A stretch of DNA of 64,000 bases from Camelus dromedarius (GCF_036321535.1 NC_087437.1:95234001-95298000), one strand, 5' to 3'; shown: positions 14,620 through 28,256, counted from the first letter of the stretch. Notes: generated from the sequence alone by a model not told the origin. Translations and numbers: made by a program.

Positions 14620-15470
14620 CACTTGTGTGTAACTGACACCGGGCTAGGAGTTAAGAATATACCAATGAACAATGACGTCTCAAAATTCTGAGAACTTTTG
14701 ATCTTGTGCGAGACTCATTTAACTAAGTATGTGTGTACAATGTTGAGGTATAAACTTAGGAAGGGGGATACAGGCTGATGCCAGAATAGAAGGGGCACCT
14801 GTGCCAGACTTTCAGAGATTGAGGGAAAGCTTCAGGAGGAAGAATTATCAAATCCACGGCCAGAGATGAGTAGAAGAAAGCTAAGCAAAAAGAAACATGT
14901 ATTATGAAAAATAGTTTAGTTGTTTAGAGAGATGAGAGTATGAGGAATGGAAAGATGAGAGATTAGGTGGGAATAAAAAGGATCAATATATGAATGATAA
15001 ACTATGCTAAAATCTTTGGACTGCCTTCTAAAGGAAATGAAAAGCCATTGGGATTTTAACGAAGGTAGTGACATTTTTCAAATATGCATTTAGACAGTAC
15101 ACTCCTGTAGCAGAGAGGAGTAATTACAGAGGGGAAGGGCTGTAGACACAGGGCGTTAGCTGCTGTGAATTAGTCAAGATAAAGGACAGAAGTAAGAGTG
15201 GCTGCAGAGTCTTAGCAAAATGGACAGAACTGAGCACTGGACCAGAATTAAAACTGACAGAACTTGATGGTAGACTGAAAGGACTTACATGTAGATTGGA
15301 AGACGAACAGGATTTGGAACAAAAGAACTGGTGGAAGGTGGGGGGAGTAGGAATAGAAGTAGAGGAGGGTGGAAAAGATTAGAAGTTCAGTTCGGGATAT
15401 AGTGAGCTTGAGATGTGAGAGGAACATTGAAATGAGGATGTCTAAATGTCTGTTAGATGAATTGGCTTGG
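14620..15470 (-). mobile_element. Degenerate L2 LINE
   Basis: Purine-rich body with L2-like motifs (aagccattgggattttaacgaaggtagtgaca; agttcagttcgggatatagtgagcttgagatg). Confidence 0.6.
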
Positions 15471-15560
15471 GATGTCTATGATCTTTGTGGGGTAGTAGTT
15501 AGTTTCACAGTCAACCTAAGCAGGGAGCATGGGTTCATGTGCAGGCACACACAAGCAGTG

Positions 15561-15833
15561 CAGTCAGTGCTCCATAAGGGTGGGAAAGAAATTCCAGGAA
15601 GTCCCAAAGAGCAAAACTTGAATTTGCCAGCTCTGGCACCTATTTACATAGCATTTGCATTGTATTAAGTATTATAATTAATCTAGAGATGATTTTACGT
15701 ATACAAGAGGATGTGTGTAGGTTAAATGCAGATACATGTCATTTTATTTATATAAAGGACTTGAGCATCTGCAGATTTTGGTATCCTCGGGAGATCATGA
15801 AATCAATCCTCCGCAAATACCGAGGGAAGGCTG
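15561..15833 (-). mobile_element. TcMar-Tigger non-autonomous DNA transposon (MER2/Tigger3-like)
   Basis: tatttacatagcatttgcattgtattaagtattataattaatctagagatg...aaggacttgagcatctgcagattttggtatcc...ataccgagggaaggctg then TA; matches reverse complement of recalled MER2 end. Confidence 0.82.
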
Positions 15834-15994
15834 TATGTCTGTACTAATACTGTGTGGAGTTCTGGTATTGAATTTCAGTCTCCCATTCATCATATCTTTT
15901 GGCAGGATGTGACTAAGGGATATGTCTCCTCTCAATCTGTAGGACAATGTTCCTTTTTATTTTCATTTGCTTGGCTCTAATAATTAGACAACTA

Positions 15995-16230
15995 ATTATA
16001 ATGGCCAGCATGTATTGAGTATCTGTAAGGTGGAATGGGGGATGCTTTATATTAAACACTTAACCTAAATTATTTCCTTTAATCCTTATCAGTACCACAT
16101 GAGGTAGCTACAGTTATCATCATCCACATTTCATAACAACTGAAAGGTAGAAGATAGTGTAACTTACCCAAGATCATATTGCTAATATGTGGTAGAGGTG
16201 AAATTCAAACCTAGACTGTTTGTTGTGTCA
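15995..16230 (-). mobile_element. MIR SINE
   Basis: tttaatccttatcagtaccacatgaggtag...aacttacccaagatcatattgctaatatgtggtagaggtgaaattcaaacctag. Confidence 0.75.
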
Positions 16231-17524
16231 AGGTCTACTTGAAGTTCAGATCTGAAGTTCAAGGATTTGAAGTTCAGATTTAATTTGACTCCATCAATAC
16301 ATTTAAAGAAGTGGCTCCTCAAGAAAGGTTTTGCCTTCCATTTGTGAAGGGCCAAGCTCTGCTCTGTGCTCAGATGTATCTTTCCCAGTTCCTTGAGTGC
16401 TGCCTTCGTGCCTGCCCCACTATTCCCTTCGGTGAGGAAGGTGTAACTTCCATGTGAACCTGAGTTGAAAATCCTCCCCTATTTGCAAAAACATGGACTC
16501 TAAAAAAATGTTTTGTGTAAATAACACTTTTACTCTACCTCAACAGATGTAGAATGGCTTTTCCCCCTTTTTGGTTCAGAACTATAATACTGTATTCTAA
16601 CTCGTCTTTATATGATTTATGAGTAGTTATAAATCATCTTCATTTTACATTTTTATCTTCACCAAAAAGGTTGTGCCACTTGAAGGAAGTGGCTTTAGTT
16701 TTCTGTTGTATCTTCCTATAATATCTTGTTCCTTGAGATCTCAGTAAAATGGTGCCTGGTCCCTGTCTTAATGTTATTTGTATATGCAAAGCTGTTCATG
16801 AAGGCTTAGAAGTTTTTAAGAGTACTCTATCAAATTATATGGCCTTTAAACTGGGATGTTGCACATTTTCTGTAATGGGAAAGGGAGGCTGTGATTTTGG
16901 TCCTTAATATTATGCTAAGAAGGAGTTTATTATTTCCATTGAGAAATAGCTTCATATTTACTTATGGGGATAATTAAAAGGATGCCTGGAGTATGAGTTG
17001 GTGCTCTGACTTTTATCATGCTTCACTATTTTTCTTGTGTAATTTCTCAGCTTTGTTGTTGAAGAACAAAGGTTAAGCTCTGCACAGTGTGATCTAGGGT
17101 AGGTAGTGGAAGAAAATGTTATTTTTTTACAAGCCAATTTTTTTTTTCGGTAAAGAAACTATAAATGATACATCAATAATTTGAAAACGTGATATCATTT
17201 TTAGTATGGATTGCTTTCTGTTACATTTAATTACAATACTGGGCTATTTATAAGATGCTTTTCTGAAAAATACTTAAAATGAGTCATTTGAAGTTATTTC
17301 TAAAACTCCCAGACTATAGTCACTGGTAAAGAATGTCATTGCTCCAGAACTACTCTTCTGCTTTATTCAGCACACTATGTACTAGTTTTGACTGTGCCTT
17401 GTAACTGGCTTTTGCAAGTGACTCAGGTCATCATTTCCTTCTTATAAAATAAAGGGGGTCCTCCTAACTTTAAAGTTTCGTACTCCTTTGTTAGAAATTG
17501 ACTTTTTAAAATTTAAAATAACAG

Positions 17525-17785
17525 TGATGATAGTAAACATTTATACGGAGCTTAGTGTATTGGGCACTGTTCTGTTTTACATATTTTAATTTTATATAAT
17601 TTTCATATAATCCAGTGAAGTAAGCATTATGGTTATTATTTCTGATTTACTGATAGGTAAATGGAATCATAAAGAGGTAAGTGACTTGCCCAGGGTGACA
17701 CCCCTAGTTCAGGCTAGAGCCAAAACTCCAGTCCAGACAACTGGATTTCATAATCCATACTCTTAACCAATACACTATAATACCT
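17525..17785 (-). mobile_element. MIR SINE, near full length
   Basis: aaagaggtaagtgacttgcccagggtgacac...tactcttaaccaatacactata. Confidence 0.8.
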
Positions 17786-18619
17786 GCTAATGTATTTTTA
17801 TTTGCTATATTTTTTGTAGATTTAGAATTAAGAGTAGAGTGCAGGTTTTTAATTACATGTAGAAAATTTGTCCAAAAACTAACTTTTAAAAAGTCACAAT
17901 GATAATAAATATGATTTTCTTTTTTAAGATGAGGAATTAGAAATAATTCTATAGTTAGTTTTCTTTAAAATTATAAAAATAATTCAATATTTCCTTGAAG
18001 AAACAAATGTTTCATTGTTTTTCATATTTTAGTCAGAGAATTGCCTGTATTTATGGAAAAAATTGTATCTGAACATCATTTGACAAATTTACATGGCTAA
18101 AACTTAGTACTTTGAAATTTTTTTAAAGCTATTTTTTTCAGTTCTTACTTTTTCTTTACCTCCTAATCTAAAGTATAATGTATGTTTAGCATTAATGTGT
18201 TAACATACTCTATCTGATGTCTGACAGTAGGGTTCAGTAATTAGACCAATTGCTATTGATGGTTTATTTGTCACCCAGGAAAGGAGAAAGCTTGATCTGT
18301 CATATTCCAAAAGGGAAAAAAAAATTGGATCATTTAGACCCCATGATTAGCAAGTTTCCTTCCACTTACTCATCATCAAACATTAGGTGATATTTGATTA
18401 TTCTTTGTAAGGCAAATTATAATCTGAGGGTTCTAATTAAAGTGTGCAATGGGATTACCTACAGAATATTTTTTAAATACAAGACCCAGATTCCAAGCCC
18501 AAACTACTGAATTTGAAAAGCATGAGTATCTTTTATTACTTAAAAAAATCTCTATAGGAGATTCCATTGTGCACTCATGGCTAAAAAAACAGTGAATTAA
18601 AATGAAATCTTTGTAATCT

Positions 18620-18835
18620 GATGAACTCATGTTTATGTTGCAGCTCCATGAGTTACAAACTGTAATTAGTAAGATAACTTTCACCTATAAGCCTATGTTT
18701 CTTTAAATATAAAACATTGATATTATTTCTTACTTCATAAGATTGTTGTAAGGGTTAAATGTGACAACATGCGATAAGACTTTAGCAGAGTGAGGCATAA
18801 AGTATATGCTCAGTAAATGGTAGAGATTATTAATA
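18620..18835 (+). mobile_element. MIR SINE
   Basis: gattgttgtaagggttaaatgtgacaacatg...atgctcagtaaatggtagagattatt MIR 3' half. Confidence 0.7.
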
Positions 18836-19902
18836 TTGATTTCAATATGTTTTAATTGAAATAAAATGTTGAGAGGCAGGAAATGAGGCCACTATAGGAT
18901 TTGACTCGGGTATAATCCACATTTTACATGATTGTTCTCCTCAATGCTACAGTGATGGTCAGGACAAAAACAGTCCTTTCCTTGGAAACCCAGGCTGCTC
19001 ATCCCTGCATCCCTTGATAGCTTTCTTCTTGCCATTGTCCATTCAACCCTTGCACCACTTGGATGCACTCAACCCGTGACTGCATAATTACTTGTGAAAT
19101 TGCTTGTTACCGAATACTGCTACTTCAGCAGCTCTCTATCTAATAACGGCACATTAGTGGGTAAAGTAATAAATCATATTTTAAAGCTCATAACATTGGC
19201 AAGAATGACAGGATGATGAAAACAAAGAAACACATTCCAGAACAAAATTAAAGTCTACTAAGCTATTGTGCTGTCTAGTCTTGTTTATGGAAATGACACC
19301 TACCATCACCACATTCAATTACGAGACAAATTCTATCAGCATTTCTTAGTACCACGCTTCACACCAGATGGTAGGGCATAGTTTCCCACAGTGAGGTCCC
19401 AGGACTCATGCAATCCTGAGAAGTTGAAACCATTCTACATGAAAGTCAACTCCCCAGGGCTGGAGGGAAGTTGAGCACATGGCAGGCAGATGAAACCCTA
19501 TGAGGGTCCCCTGTAGCACAGCCTGAAGCAATGTAACATCACAGTAGATAGCTGGAAAACACCTGCAGCTGAATGGGTATTCTGGACAGCAATCAGGGAT
19601 AGCGCGGCTCATTTAGAGCTGAGCTCTTGTAATATCCTGGAGACAAACTGGCAGGAGCAGATGCAACAACAGCCTCTTGCTGGAAAATAGCAGCCACAAG
19701 AGAACAGTGCATATTGATGATTATAATAATTACACAGAACACGGCTAAATAGCACTTCTATATATGTATTTCTGATTCTTTTCACAGTTTTGCAAGCAAG
19801 GTAGGACTCCTATTAAACCAATCTTGAGGATAGGGAAATGGATGGATAAAGGGGAAAGTGACGTGCTTACTAGTGTGCGGGTAGAAAAGGCTGACACATC
19901 AG

Positions 19903-20060
19903 CAGAGGCAGACACAGCTTTTTAGGAATCTGAAGCTCATAAAAATTTTAGAGTCTTTTTTATAATATAAGAATGCATAATGGGGGGTGTTGAAGGAGCC
20001 TGTGTCAGTGGAGGGCCTTAAAGCTTAAACTTTATTAGATTCAGGATAAATCCACTTGTG
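19903..20060 (-). mobile_element. hAT-Tip100 MITE (MER69A-like) within a MIR remnant
   Basis: ggagggccttaaagcttaaactttattagattcaggataaatccac and tgaagctcataaaaatttt resemble the recalled MER69A reverse complement. Confidence 0.6.
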
Positions 20061-20519
20061 CAGATTGGTTTTTAAAGTTGGTGGCTTTCCCCAGGCAGAA
20101 ATATCAGAGTCGGGGCTTGAATTGTGACTGTGGAGATTCTGTTGTTTTGTTTTATTTGAAGAAAATGACTCTTTCTGCTATGCTATGCTGCTCTTTTTAT
20201 TAGATAATTTAGCAAACTGGCATGTATTCTGCTATCAATCTATAGGGTAGGGTCATAGACAACTATTAATAATATAATGATTCTTCTGATTTTGTGCCTC
20301 ACTTAATAGTGCCTGTAATGAAAGAACGTAGGAAGAAAAAGTGGCAACAGGAAAATGGATACTGGCAAGAAAACAGAGAAGCAGACCCTGCTGGTTATGT
20401 ATCTGGCAGCTTTTCTCCCCTTCATTCTTGGTGGCAGAGCTTCGGTTTTGATCTGGTGTGTTCATCCCTTCACCATAAGACTTACTTAAGGAAGGATAGT
20501 CCTCTTACTAGCTCTGGGG

Positions 20520-20885
20520 TAAACCCCCCCCCTTTTTTTTTTTTTTGTATTATCCCACTTCCTTAACAATAATTGGTTTCAAAAATGATGGTTGAGCCCT
20601 TCCTTGACAATGAGGTAGGAAGAGAGTTCTGATGAGACTACTTCAAAAGGTTGAGGTGGCATTTCCCTTCTCCTGCTACGTCTTCAGATTGTTTCTCCTT
20701 ATGAGAACTAGAATGATAGCTGCTATCTGTCAACCGTAATTGGGAAGCAAACACAAAAGGTGAACATGGAGAGTGGAAAGAAGAAGGAACCTGAATCTTT
20801 AAGAACATGGCTGACTGGAGAATGATCTAGTTCTGGAACTTCCTACCTCAGGACTCTGTTTGGTGAGATAATAAATACCCTTTCA
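20520..20885 (+). mobile_element. Old ERVL/MaLR-type solo LTR remnant (MLT1J-L or LTR16/33 class)
   Basis: gaagaaggaacctgaatc...ctggaacttcctacctcaggact...tgagataataaatac typical of the 3' half of these LTRs; AATAAA at 20870. Confidence 0.55.
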
Positions 20886-23315
20886 GGGTTGATTAATTCA
20901 GTAGAGTAGAGAACACTGGCACCTTTGAGGTGGGTGTCCTTGTGATACAAATATTTAAAGCAATGCACCATGAATTGTACGCTGTATCGGAGAAACTGTA
21001 AATCTAAGAGGGGAATGATATGAAAAGAAAGATGGGGGTTGGTGTGTTGTCTAACACCTGGATGTTTTGATAAGTTTTAGTGACCTGAAACCAAGTATCA
21101 TAAGAGCAAGAAAACTGGAAAAGTAGGCTGTCAGAGATTTGAGAACTTATCTTTTAAGGTTCAGACAGCCTCCAGTTTATATCAAGTTTCATGGTTTATA
21201 GACAGTGGAGAAAAAGACTGCAAGTGGAGATTAACTTCATTATAAAAGTAAAAAGTAAAAAAACTAGGCTTTTGCATGAGCCATCTATGGATATTGAGCT
21301 AGAACAAGATGTTGGTAGACTCTGGGGAGGGGTGGGGAAGAATATATGGGATTGAGTTGTCTAATCCTGATTCAACAGAGGTAGTAGCTGAAAGTAATGA
21401 TGAAATGGGGTAGCTAGCTGTATGTGTGAATGGCTTGAGCTAGAAAGGGGTTTTTGTTTTTGTTTTTTTATCTTGAGAGTGTAAGATCAATGAACTAAAA
21501 GTCTCAATGAACTGGGAAAGAAATACTTGCACTCCTTCCTAGCACTGGAAAACTGAGTGAGAGCCTCCCAGTATTCTCTAAGCTTAACCTGATATTATTT
21601 AAGACAGAAGAGTATGAAGAATGTAGAAGAGATTGAAGATAAAAAGCGGGTCAGTTATAATTTCCCAAAGGATGTAGTAAAAATGAAAGGTAGGGAATTT
21701 TGGATACTACACAATGACACCTATCATCTGTATTTTTAAAATGTGGTTTATTTTTATTTGCATGCAAAATATAATCCGTGCTGCTCAAAATGTCAGTCAC
21801 AAATCATTATGGAGAGTGAATCTACTTTATTCCAAGGTACTAAGAGATTATGGAAGAGTAGTCATTCTCATTCATTAAAAGATTAGTTCATACTTGAACC
21901 CTAATTATACTTGCAGATTTGAGCCAAAAGTTGAAGTGGAGTCCAAATTAATGCTTTTGAAATGAGAATACTATTATCAGTACCTTAGGTTTAATTTTTC
22001 TCTTTATTTTCCTCATTAAGTGATAATCTTGCTCTTACTGATTCTAGTCCCCTGGGATACAAAACCAGTGATGACTTGTTGCATTTTAGTTATGTGTGGT
22101 CTAGTTCTCTGGATTTGCCAAGATCAATCAACACTTATTAGAAATAAATTTCAGCACCTTATTCAGGCTTACTAAGTTTATTACTAGGTTTATTGTTTTG
22201 GATGACAATACTGATCTTTTGTATCTTAGTATTTGGCCCAGGCCATACTGGATTAATAAATGAGTCCATTCATAATTCTCTCCCCTTAAGTGGTAGACAC
22301 GCTTACTTGTTCTCCTGAATAGTATAACTAGTTGTGGTATTATTAAAATTTCATAGTATAAACTCTTGTCTAATTTTCACTATAATATATTTATAGAATG
22401 TTGAAATTAGGTATTTTTTTCTAATTCCTCAATTAATTTTTAACATCTTATAAATTCAGGGTTTAGTTTAAGCTGTCGGTTTTGTCAATTTGAATAAGAA
22501 ACCCTAGCAGTTTATAATCATAGAATCAAATGCACTAAAAATTTTAATTGCTTCTTTTTTTTTTAAGCAAAACAGAAACACAACAAGAAATGATAAACAA
22601 TTAGCTAATTTGGAATTATTTCAAATCGTAATTGTGATAGGACTGTTTTCAGAAGAAATGAATGTGATAAATGCTTTCTGGAAAATAAGCAGTATAGTTG
22701 GACTCAAAGTGGGGAGATGAATATGAATATCAGAGATCTAATTATTTTATTTGGCAACATTGAATGTTTCAGATCCTAAGGGTAACCTTTTGAATTCTAC
22801 TTTTTTAGGTTGTTCTGAAATCAGTATACATGAATACTATTAGTACATGAAAACCACACAGAGGCGATAGCTTGTATTAAGTCAGATTTTTACTTACAAT
22901 AATGTGAAGCAGCAGACAAAATAAACCCCATCAAAGTGAAAGTAGTTATGGTTATTATGTACCTTGGGTGAACTCATTTTCTTTAATAAATCAGTTACAT
23001 CTTGCTTCCAAAAATCAGTGTGGGGTTATTAAAGAAAATTCTGATTTACTGGAACTAAATAAATGGTATTTGGATTTGATTATATTAAATATTACTTTTT
23101 TATATTCTATCCCAAGGAGTCATTGAAGTTCTGCTGTCTTCATTCCAATTAATGTAGTTAAATTTTAAGTGCTAAGTCACATAAAGATAATAACATTATG
23201 AATAATCATATTACAACAAACTTGAAATATTGGTCTATGGCTGCAGTATTACTAATTAGTTTTTTAATAGGTTACTTAATGAAACAATCAAACCAGTGTG
23301 TTTAATAATTTAGGC

Positions 23316-23491
23316 CGGTGATTCTCAAAGTCTGGTTTTTTCAGCTAGCACCTGGGAGCTTACTAGAAATCAAATTCGGAGGTCCTATACTAGAGTAATT
23401 GAATCAAAAAACCCTGAGCATGGGTGCCAGCAATCTATGTTTTATCAAGCCATCTAGTGATTCTGATGTGAGCTAAATTTTGAGGGCACTA
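23316..23491 (+). mobile_element. hAT-Charlie MITE, MER5A-like
   Basis: gtgattctcaaagtctgg...cacctgggagcttactagaaat...cagcaatctatgttttatcaagcc...gtgattctgatg...ttttgagggcact. Confidence 0.82.
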
Positions 23492-23494
23492 GCT

Positions 23495-23730
23495 CAGGAG
23501 TTTCAGCTTTGGAATTGCACAAACTTAAGTTCAGATTCTGGCTTCACTTACTAACTGCGTGACCTTGGATGAGTTGCTTAACTTCTCTGAGAACTCAGAT
23601 CTCATATTTGTAAAATAGTGTAATACCATTTTAATACCAGTATCGTAGGGGTACCATGAGGATAAAACTAAATGCTGATATGAAATACATAGCATCATCT
23701 TGAAACATACCAAGTATTCAATTTACAATG
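23495..23730 (+). mobile_element. MIR SINE
   Basis: ttctggcttcacttactaactgcgtgaccttggatgagttgcttaacttctctgagaactcagatctcatatttgtaaaat MIR core. Confidence 0.85.
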
Positions 23731-26009
23731 ACTTTAAAAATACGATCAAGAAATAGTTCCTGAAATTCACTGAAACCTATTTTATAAAACACTCATACAT
23801 GTGTTTTTCATATCAGAAATAAATATAATTATTGGCCATATTAAACTTAATTACATAATATGTGACCATAATAATACCACCTTTCCAAGTTACATGCATG
23901 TCAAACTTATGTGATAGACATTACTATTGACTCTACTTTTCAAAAGAGGAAAGGGATAAGCAGTTACCCTCATCTTAAGGATAAAATTGAAAAAAAGCAG
24001 AGAAAAGCAATTAAGTCATGAAACTGACTTCAAACCTGGAAGTTTGACAATAAGACTTGTGCTCTTATCTGTTTCTCTTGACTGATTTTGTTTTTTTCAA
24101 AATAAATGTTGTTCACATTCATTTAATTTGTGTACTCTTGTTGAGAGTTTTATAATGAGAAGCAGTTTTCAATGGCACCTGTAAAAAGTACTGATTCTGA
24201 TTTTGATTTGCTTTTGAAAAGCCAGCAGCCCTCTTTGTGACCTCTGATGAGCCAAGAAGGAAGGTAAATAAAATATCCGTGATTTGAAAAGGGCATTTAT
24301 ATACTCATTAGGATTTTCAAGACAAAGCTAAATGAATGTAAGTACACAGAGAATAAATATCCACTGTTACATTGCTACAATGCAAACGTAACATGGACAG
24401 ATGGGGAAGTCATAGGTTTAAGAAAGTGTTGGAATCATTGGAATCAGGTTAATCTCAAGCCATATTGTAAAAGGGAAAGTGCTAATAAATGAGAAAGAAT
24501 TTCCTTATTTATCTTAAAATAAGGAAGAGTTGAAATGTGCAGAATTTGTAGGATGTGTCTAATTGGCAAGCACACAAGACAGGTCTGTATGAAGAGTAGG
24601 AAGGAGAAGGCAAAGACTGGTAAGAAAAAGTTATCAAAAAACAACCCACAGTTCAGTGTTTCCAGGGGAGTGAGGTAGTAAAAGGAGATGATAGTTTATC
24701 ACGGACGATAGCAAGTTGAGAACTTGGAGCCTTACCAAGAGAGCGTGTCTACTTTAAATGTGGTTAACGTTTCCACATTGCACTGTTTTCTAATTGAAAG
24801 GGAGTAAATACAGAAATTAAAGAAAAGGACTGAGAAATGTCAGTTAATTACTTTAACAGATTGAAAGAATGAGAAATAAATCTCTAAAAGTGATTTATTG
24901 TAATGTGTTTATAAACACAAACACTTTAATGTAGGATTATAATCTTAAACTTTATATCTTTGAAATTTATGAAAAAAACACACTGTCATATCCTGAGCAC
25001 AGCTTGGAAAATGAAGTTCAAGCTACATTTCAGACCTACTCACTCCCTTTGCTGGGTGTGCTTGTAAAGTGAATAAGCTACTCAGCTATCCATGGTGGTC
25101 CTGCCTTAGTAATTTTTGTAGTATTATACAATAGGAAGAAAATGTAGTAATTGTCTAGATGAAGATGTTCTCATTATAGTTGAGAAAATGAAGCCCAGGG
25201 AAAAGATAAACTTTTCTAAGTTATTGAATAAGTAACGCTGATAGTTGCCAATGTCTAACAGCGTCTAGAATTATCTTATAAAGGATTAAGGAATAAAGAT
25301 GATCTAATATCCAGGACAAGTTGTAACCTATACAAAAGAAATTTTATAAGAATATTTTTATTTTGATTATTATTGTTATTTTGATTTCTTGAATTTGTGT
25401 AAGCACATGTGACTGTCCTTTATGATTGATTACCACATTGTTGATTCTTATTTTGTAGTTGGCTTTATTCCTTTGATAACTATGTAAGTTTAAAAAGCTA
25501 AAGATCTAATCTGTTCTTAGAAACAATAATTAGTACATATATGTAAACTAAAAAAAGTGCAGTATACTGTATATATGTGTTTACATGCAATATAATGTGT
25601 ATGTAGAGTCAAACTGTAATAAGTCTACCTAATGAAATGGAAAGGAGGGAAAAAGGATTATTTTTGCCGCTAGTTCTTGGACAAATCCAATATACATTTA
25701 TTTTATTCCTTAGACCATAAGAACTTCAACCTTCTTTTTTTCCCCAATTCACCATTAAGTTGATAGCTAAATTTTCCCAGATTAATTTCATGTGTTGTTA
25801 TTATGAGTTAGTAAGTCACAAGTGTGTAGTAATCACACCTTCTATGCTTAGACTGTAATATGTTTCCTTAGAAATATAATGTGTATTTCCTTACAGTTCA
25901 ACATTTTGAACTTTAGAGTTTTAAATTGATGCCTGTCTGAACTTAACACCTATGCTCTTTACTGCTAGTTGATACTGGCTTCTTATGTGTTTAATCATAA
26001 AACTAATTA

Positions 26010-26200
26010 TGGTTAACCTTTATTAAGTGTTTTAGAATGTGCCAGCAATGATGTTTAGGCCTCACATGAGCAATCTCGTTTAGTTATAGCAATTAATAAT
26101 GACTATTATCATCCCTATTCTATAGATAAGGAAATCAAGCATTGAGTAGTAAGTGAGTAGTTTGACCCTGAATTCACTCTCAACCTAAACGACACCACTT
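26010..26200 (-). mobile_element. MIR SINE fragment
   Basis: actattatcatccctattctatagataaggaaatcaag reverse MIR core. Confidence 0.7.
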
Positions 26201-26569
26201 ACCTCTATATAACTAGTTAAAAATGTTTTGGTTACAATTGTTATATACTAATAATGCTTACATATTTTAGCATATTTAAGGAATTATAAACCTATTATTT
26301 AAAATGTCTTTTTCTCTGATTAATTAGGCACCATTCCCTAGCAATCATCCTTGTGTCAAGATGCTTAAAAACCTGAGTTAGTTCAAAGCCAGTTAATATT
26401 TCATAGAGCCATTGATAATGTTTTGCATTTCTCAAGTTTCACTACATTTAAACAATGAGGAACAGTGTTTTATTCATAATAACATTCTGTTTTCTTGGAT
26501 AGTGAAGTGTAATTCCGCACGATTTAATCTAGTGCCAGATAGCCTGGTTTACCAAGTGAGAAGTCAGTT

Positions 26570-26705
26570 TGGTATGTTGCAAGGAGCGCAGTCTTTGGAG
26601 GTGTGATTTACACCGGTGGTTTACAGCCCATTAACTACTTGCGTGACCTAAAGTGAGGCATTTTACGTCTTTGAATCTGTTTTTTCATCTGTAAAGTAAT
26701 GAATT
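26570..26705 (+). mobile_element. MIR SINE fragment
   Basis: ccattaactacttgcgtgacct...tctgtttttcatctgtaaa. Confidence 0.65.
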
Positions 26706-27064
26706 TATGTCTTCTAGTACTTTTATTCTATTGTCTGAATTTTTCCTGCAGTAAGAATATCAGAAATACAGAAGAACCTAAGACTAAAATAGACATAATT
26801 TAATCTTCAATTTCCTTAGGATTGCTATTACAAAAATAATTAATCATTGTGCAGTAGGTGTTTAGAGCTATTATTAATAGTGAATTCCCATTACGAGAAA
26901 GAAAAAAATTAATTGTGCAGATAACTCTTGTGTCTGCAGTAAAGGTTGAGCTACTTTTTTTTATTTGTTTTAGTAATGGCTATTTTTCTTCAGATTTTCT
27001 TTATAACAAACAACATTCACTTTTCAAATGCATTATCTATTCATTTATTTATTCAGGAATTAAT

Positions 27065-27148
27065 TGTTTATTGTTATTTCCACAGTGCCTACATGAGTGC
27101 CTGGTGCATAGTAGGCAATCAATCAATACTTATTGAAAAACTGAATGA
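27065..27148 (+). mobile_element. L2 3' terminal fragment
   Basis: cagtgcctacatgagtgcctggtgcatagtaggc...aatacttattgaaaaactgaatga is the canonical L2 tail. Confidence 0.75.
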
Positions 27149-27725
27149 TTTACCAAATACATATTAAGCCATTATTGTGTACTTGGCTCTGTGCCAAATA
27201 TTGGGAAAAATATAAATGAATAAGTCAATTGTAGTCCTGGAAGATCTCAATATTTAATAGGAACAAACCAATATGTATGATAATAATTGCAGTGTAATGT
27301 GATAAATACTCTAGTAGACATTTAATTAATACTGTCTAGAGGAATCCTGGAATATTTGAGAGAAGAGCTCTGTTTTAATTGTCTTTTGCAGATTAAATGG
27401 AGGTTTACCAGGTAGAAGGAAGGAAATGACCATTGTAGACTGAGTGAAGCAAATGTGAACAGAGACATGGCATATTTGGATAAGGGAGCAAATACTGCAG
27501 CATAGGATATGGAAGGGTAGAAATGAGGCTATAGAGCTTGAAGAGACCCTGTGAAGGTGCTTGCCAGCCCTGCTGAGAATTTTTGCTGATTTTTTTATAG
27601 TTCTCTTAGTTAAACTTTCAACTCGGAGTTAAACAAGGCAACTTGGAGTCAACAGAGATTTTAAAGCCAGGGAGTGACAGGGATCATATTTGGTGTTTCA
27701 GAAGATAACTGCAGCAGAATAGTTA
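27149..27725 (-). mobile_element. L2 LINE 3' portion, probably continuing at ~28560-29400
   Basis: Reverse L2 tail (caaatacatattaagcc...ggctctgtgccaaatattggga) then L2 body (gattttaaagccagggagtgacagggatcatatttggtgtttcagaagataact). Confidence 0.7.
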
Positions 27726-27811
27726 CCTGACCTAACGGGATGGCAGGTGGGGTCAAAGGAGACCTGTTTGCACAGCGCATTGGGAAATGGCACGTTACAG
27801 AGTTTACGGGA

Positions 27812-28078
27812 AAGGATTTCAACTTCTAAGTTTTTACATGCCTGTTTAGTAACAAATACTTGAGGTACACTACAATTTTTGTAAATGTGTATACTGTGTA
27901 CTACTTTATACCGATGCTAAGGTATTATGTACATTCTTAAGCATCATATGAAATTTTATTAAAAATTTAAGGATTAGATTAAAAACTACATATCAATAGA
28001 ATTTCTATTAATATCCTATACCAATGGGTTGTTAGATATAGACCTGGAATATTGCTCACTCCTTTTAGATGTTATTGG
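27812..28078. mobile_element. hAT-Charlie MITE (Charlie18a-like)
   Basis: tgtgtactactttatacc...tattatgtacatt...aatagaatttcta...ccaatggg resembles recalled consensus; heavily diverged. Confidence 0.45.
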
Positions 28079-28086
28079 GTTAGAAG

Positions 28087-28230
28087 AGAGGTTCTCAACT
28101 TTGGCTATGTATTGGAAATAACAGGTTGCACCCTAGAAAACTTAAACTTACTTCTGAATCTCTGAATGTGGGACCCATATATTTGAATTTTTCTAAGGAT
28201 TTTAGTGTGAAGTCAAGGATAAGAACCACA
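28087..28230. mobile_element. hAT-Charlie MITE, MER5-like
   Basis: ggttctcaactttggct...tgaatctctgaatgtgggaccca...agaaccac; ends resemble MER5 TIRs. Confidence 0.6.
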
Positions 28231-28256
28231 TAAAGGGATTAGAAGATTCATTTCAA

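Noticed and set aside
25441..25489. 25-nt pseudo-exon (ttttgtag ... tat|gtaagt)
   Set aside because: Poor exonic donor context, frameshifting, no supporting motifs.
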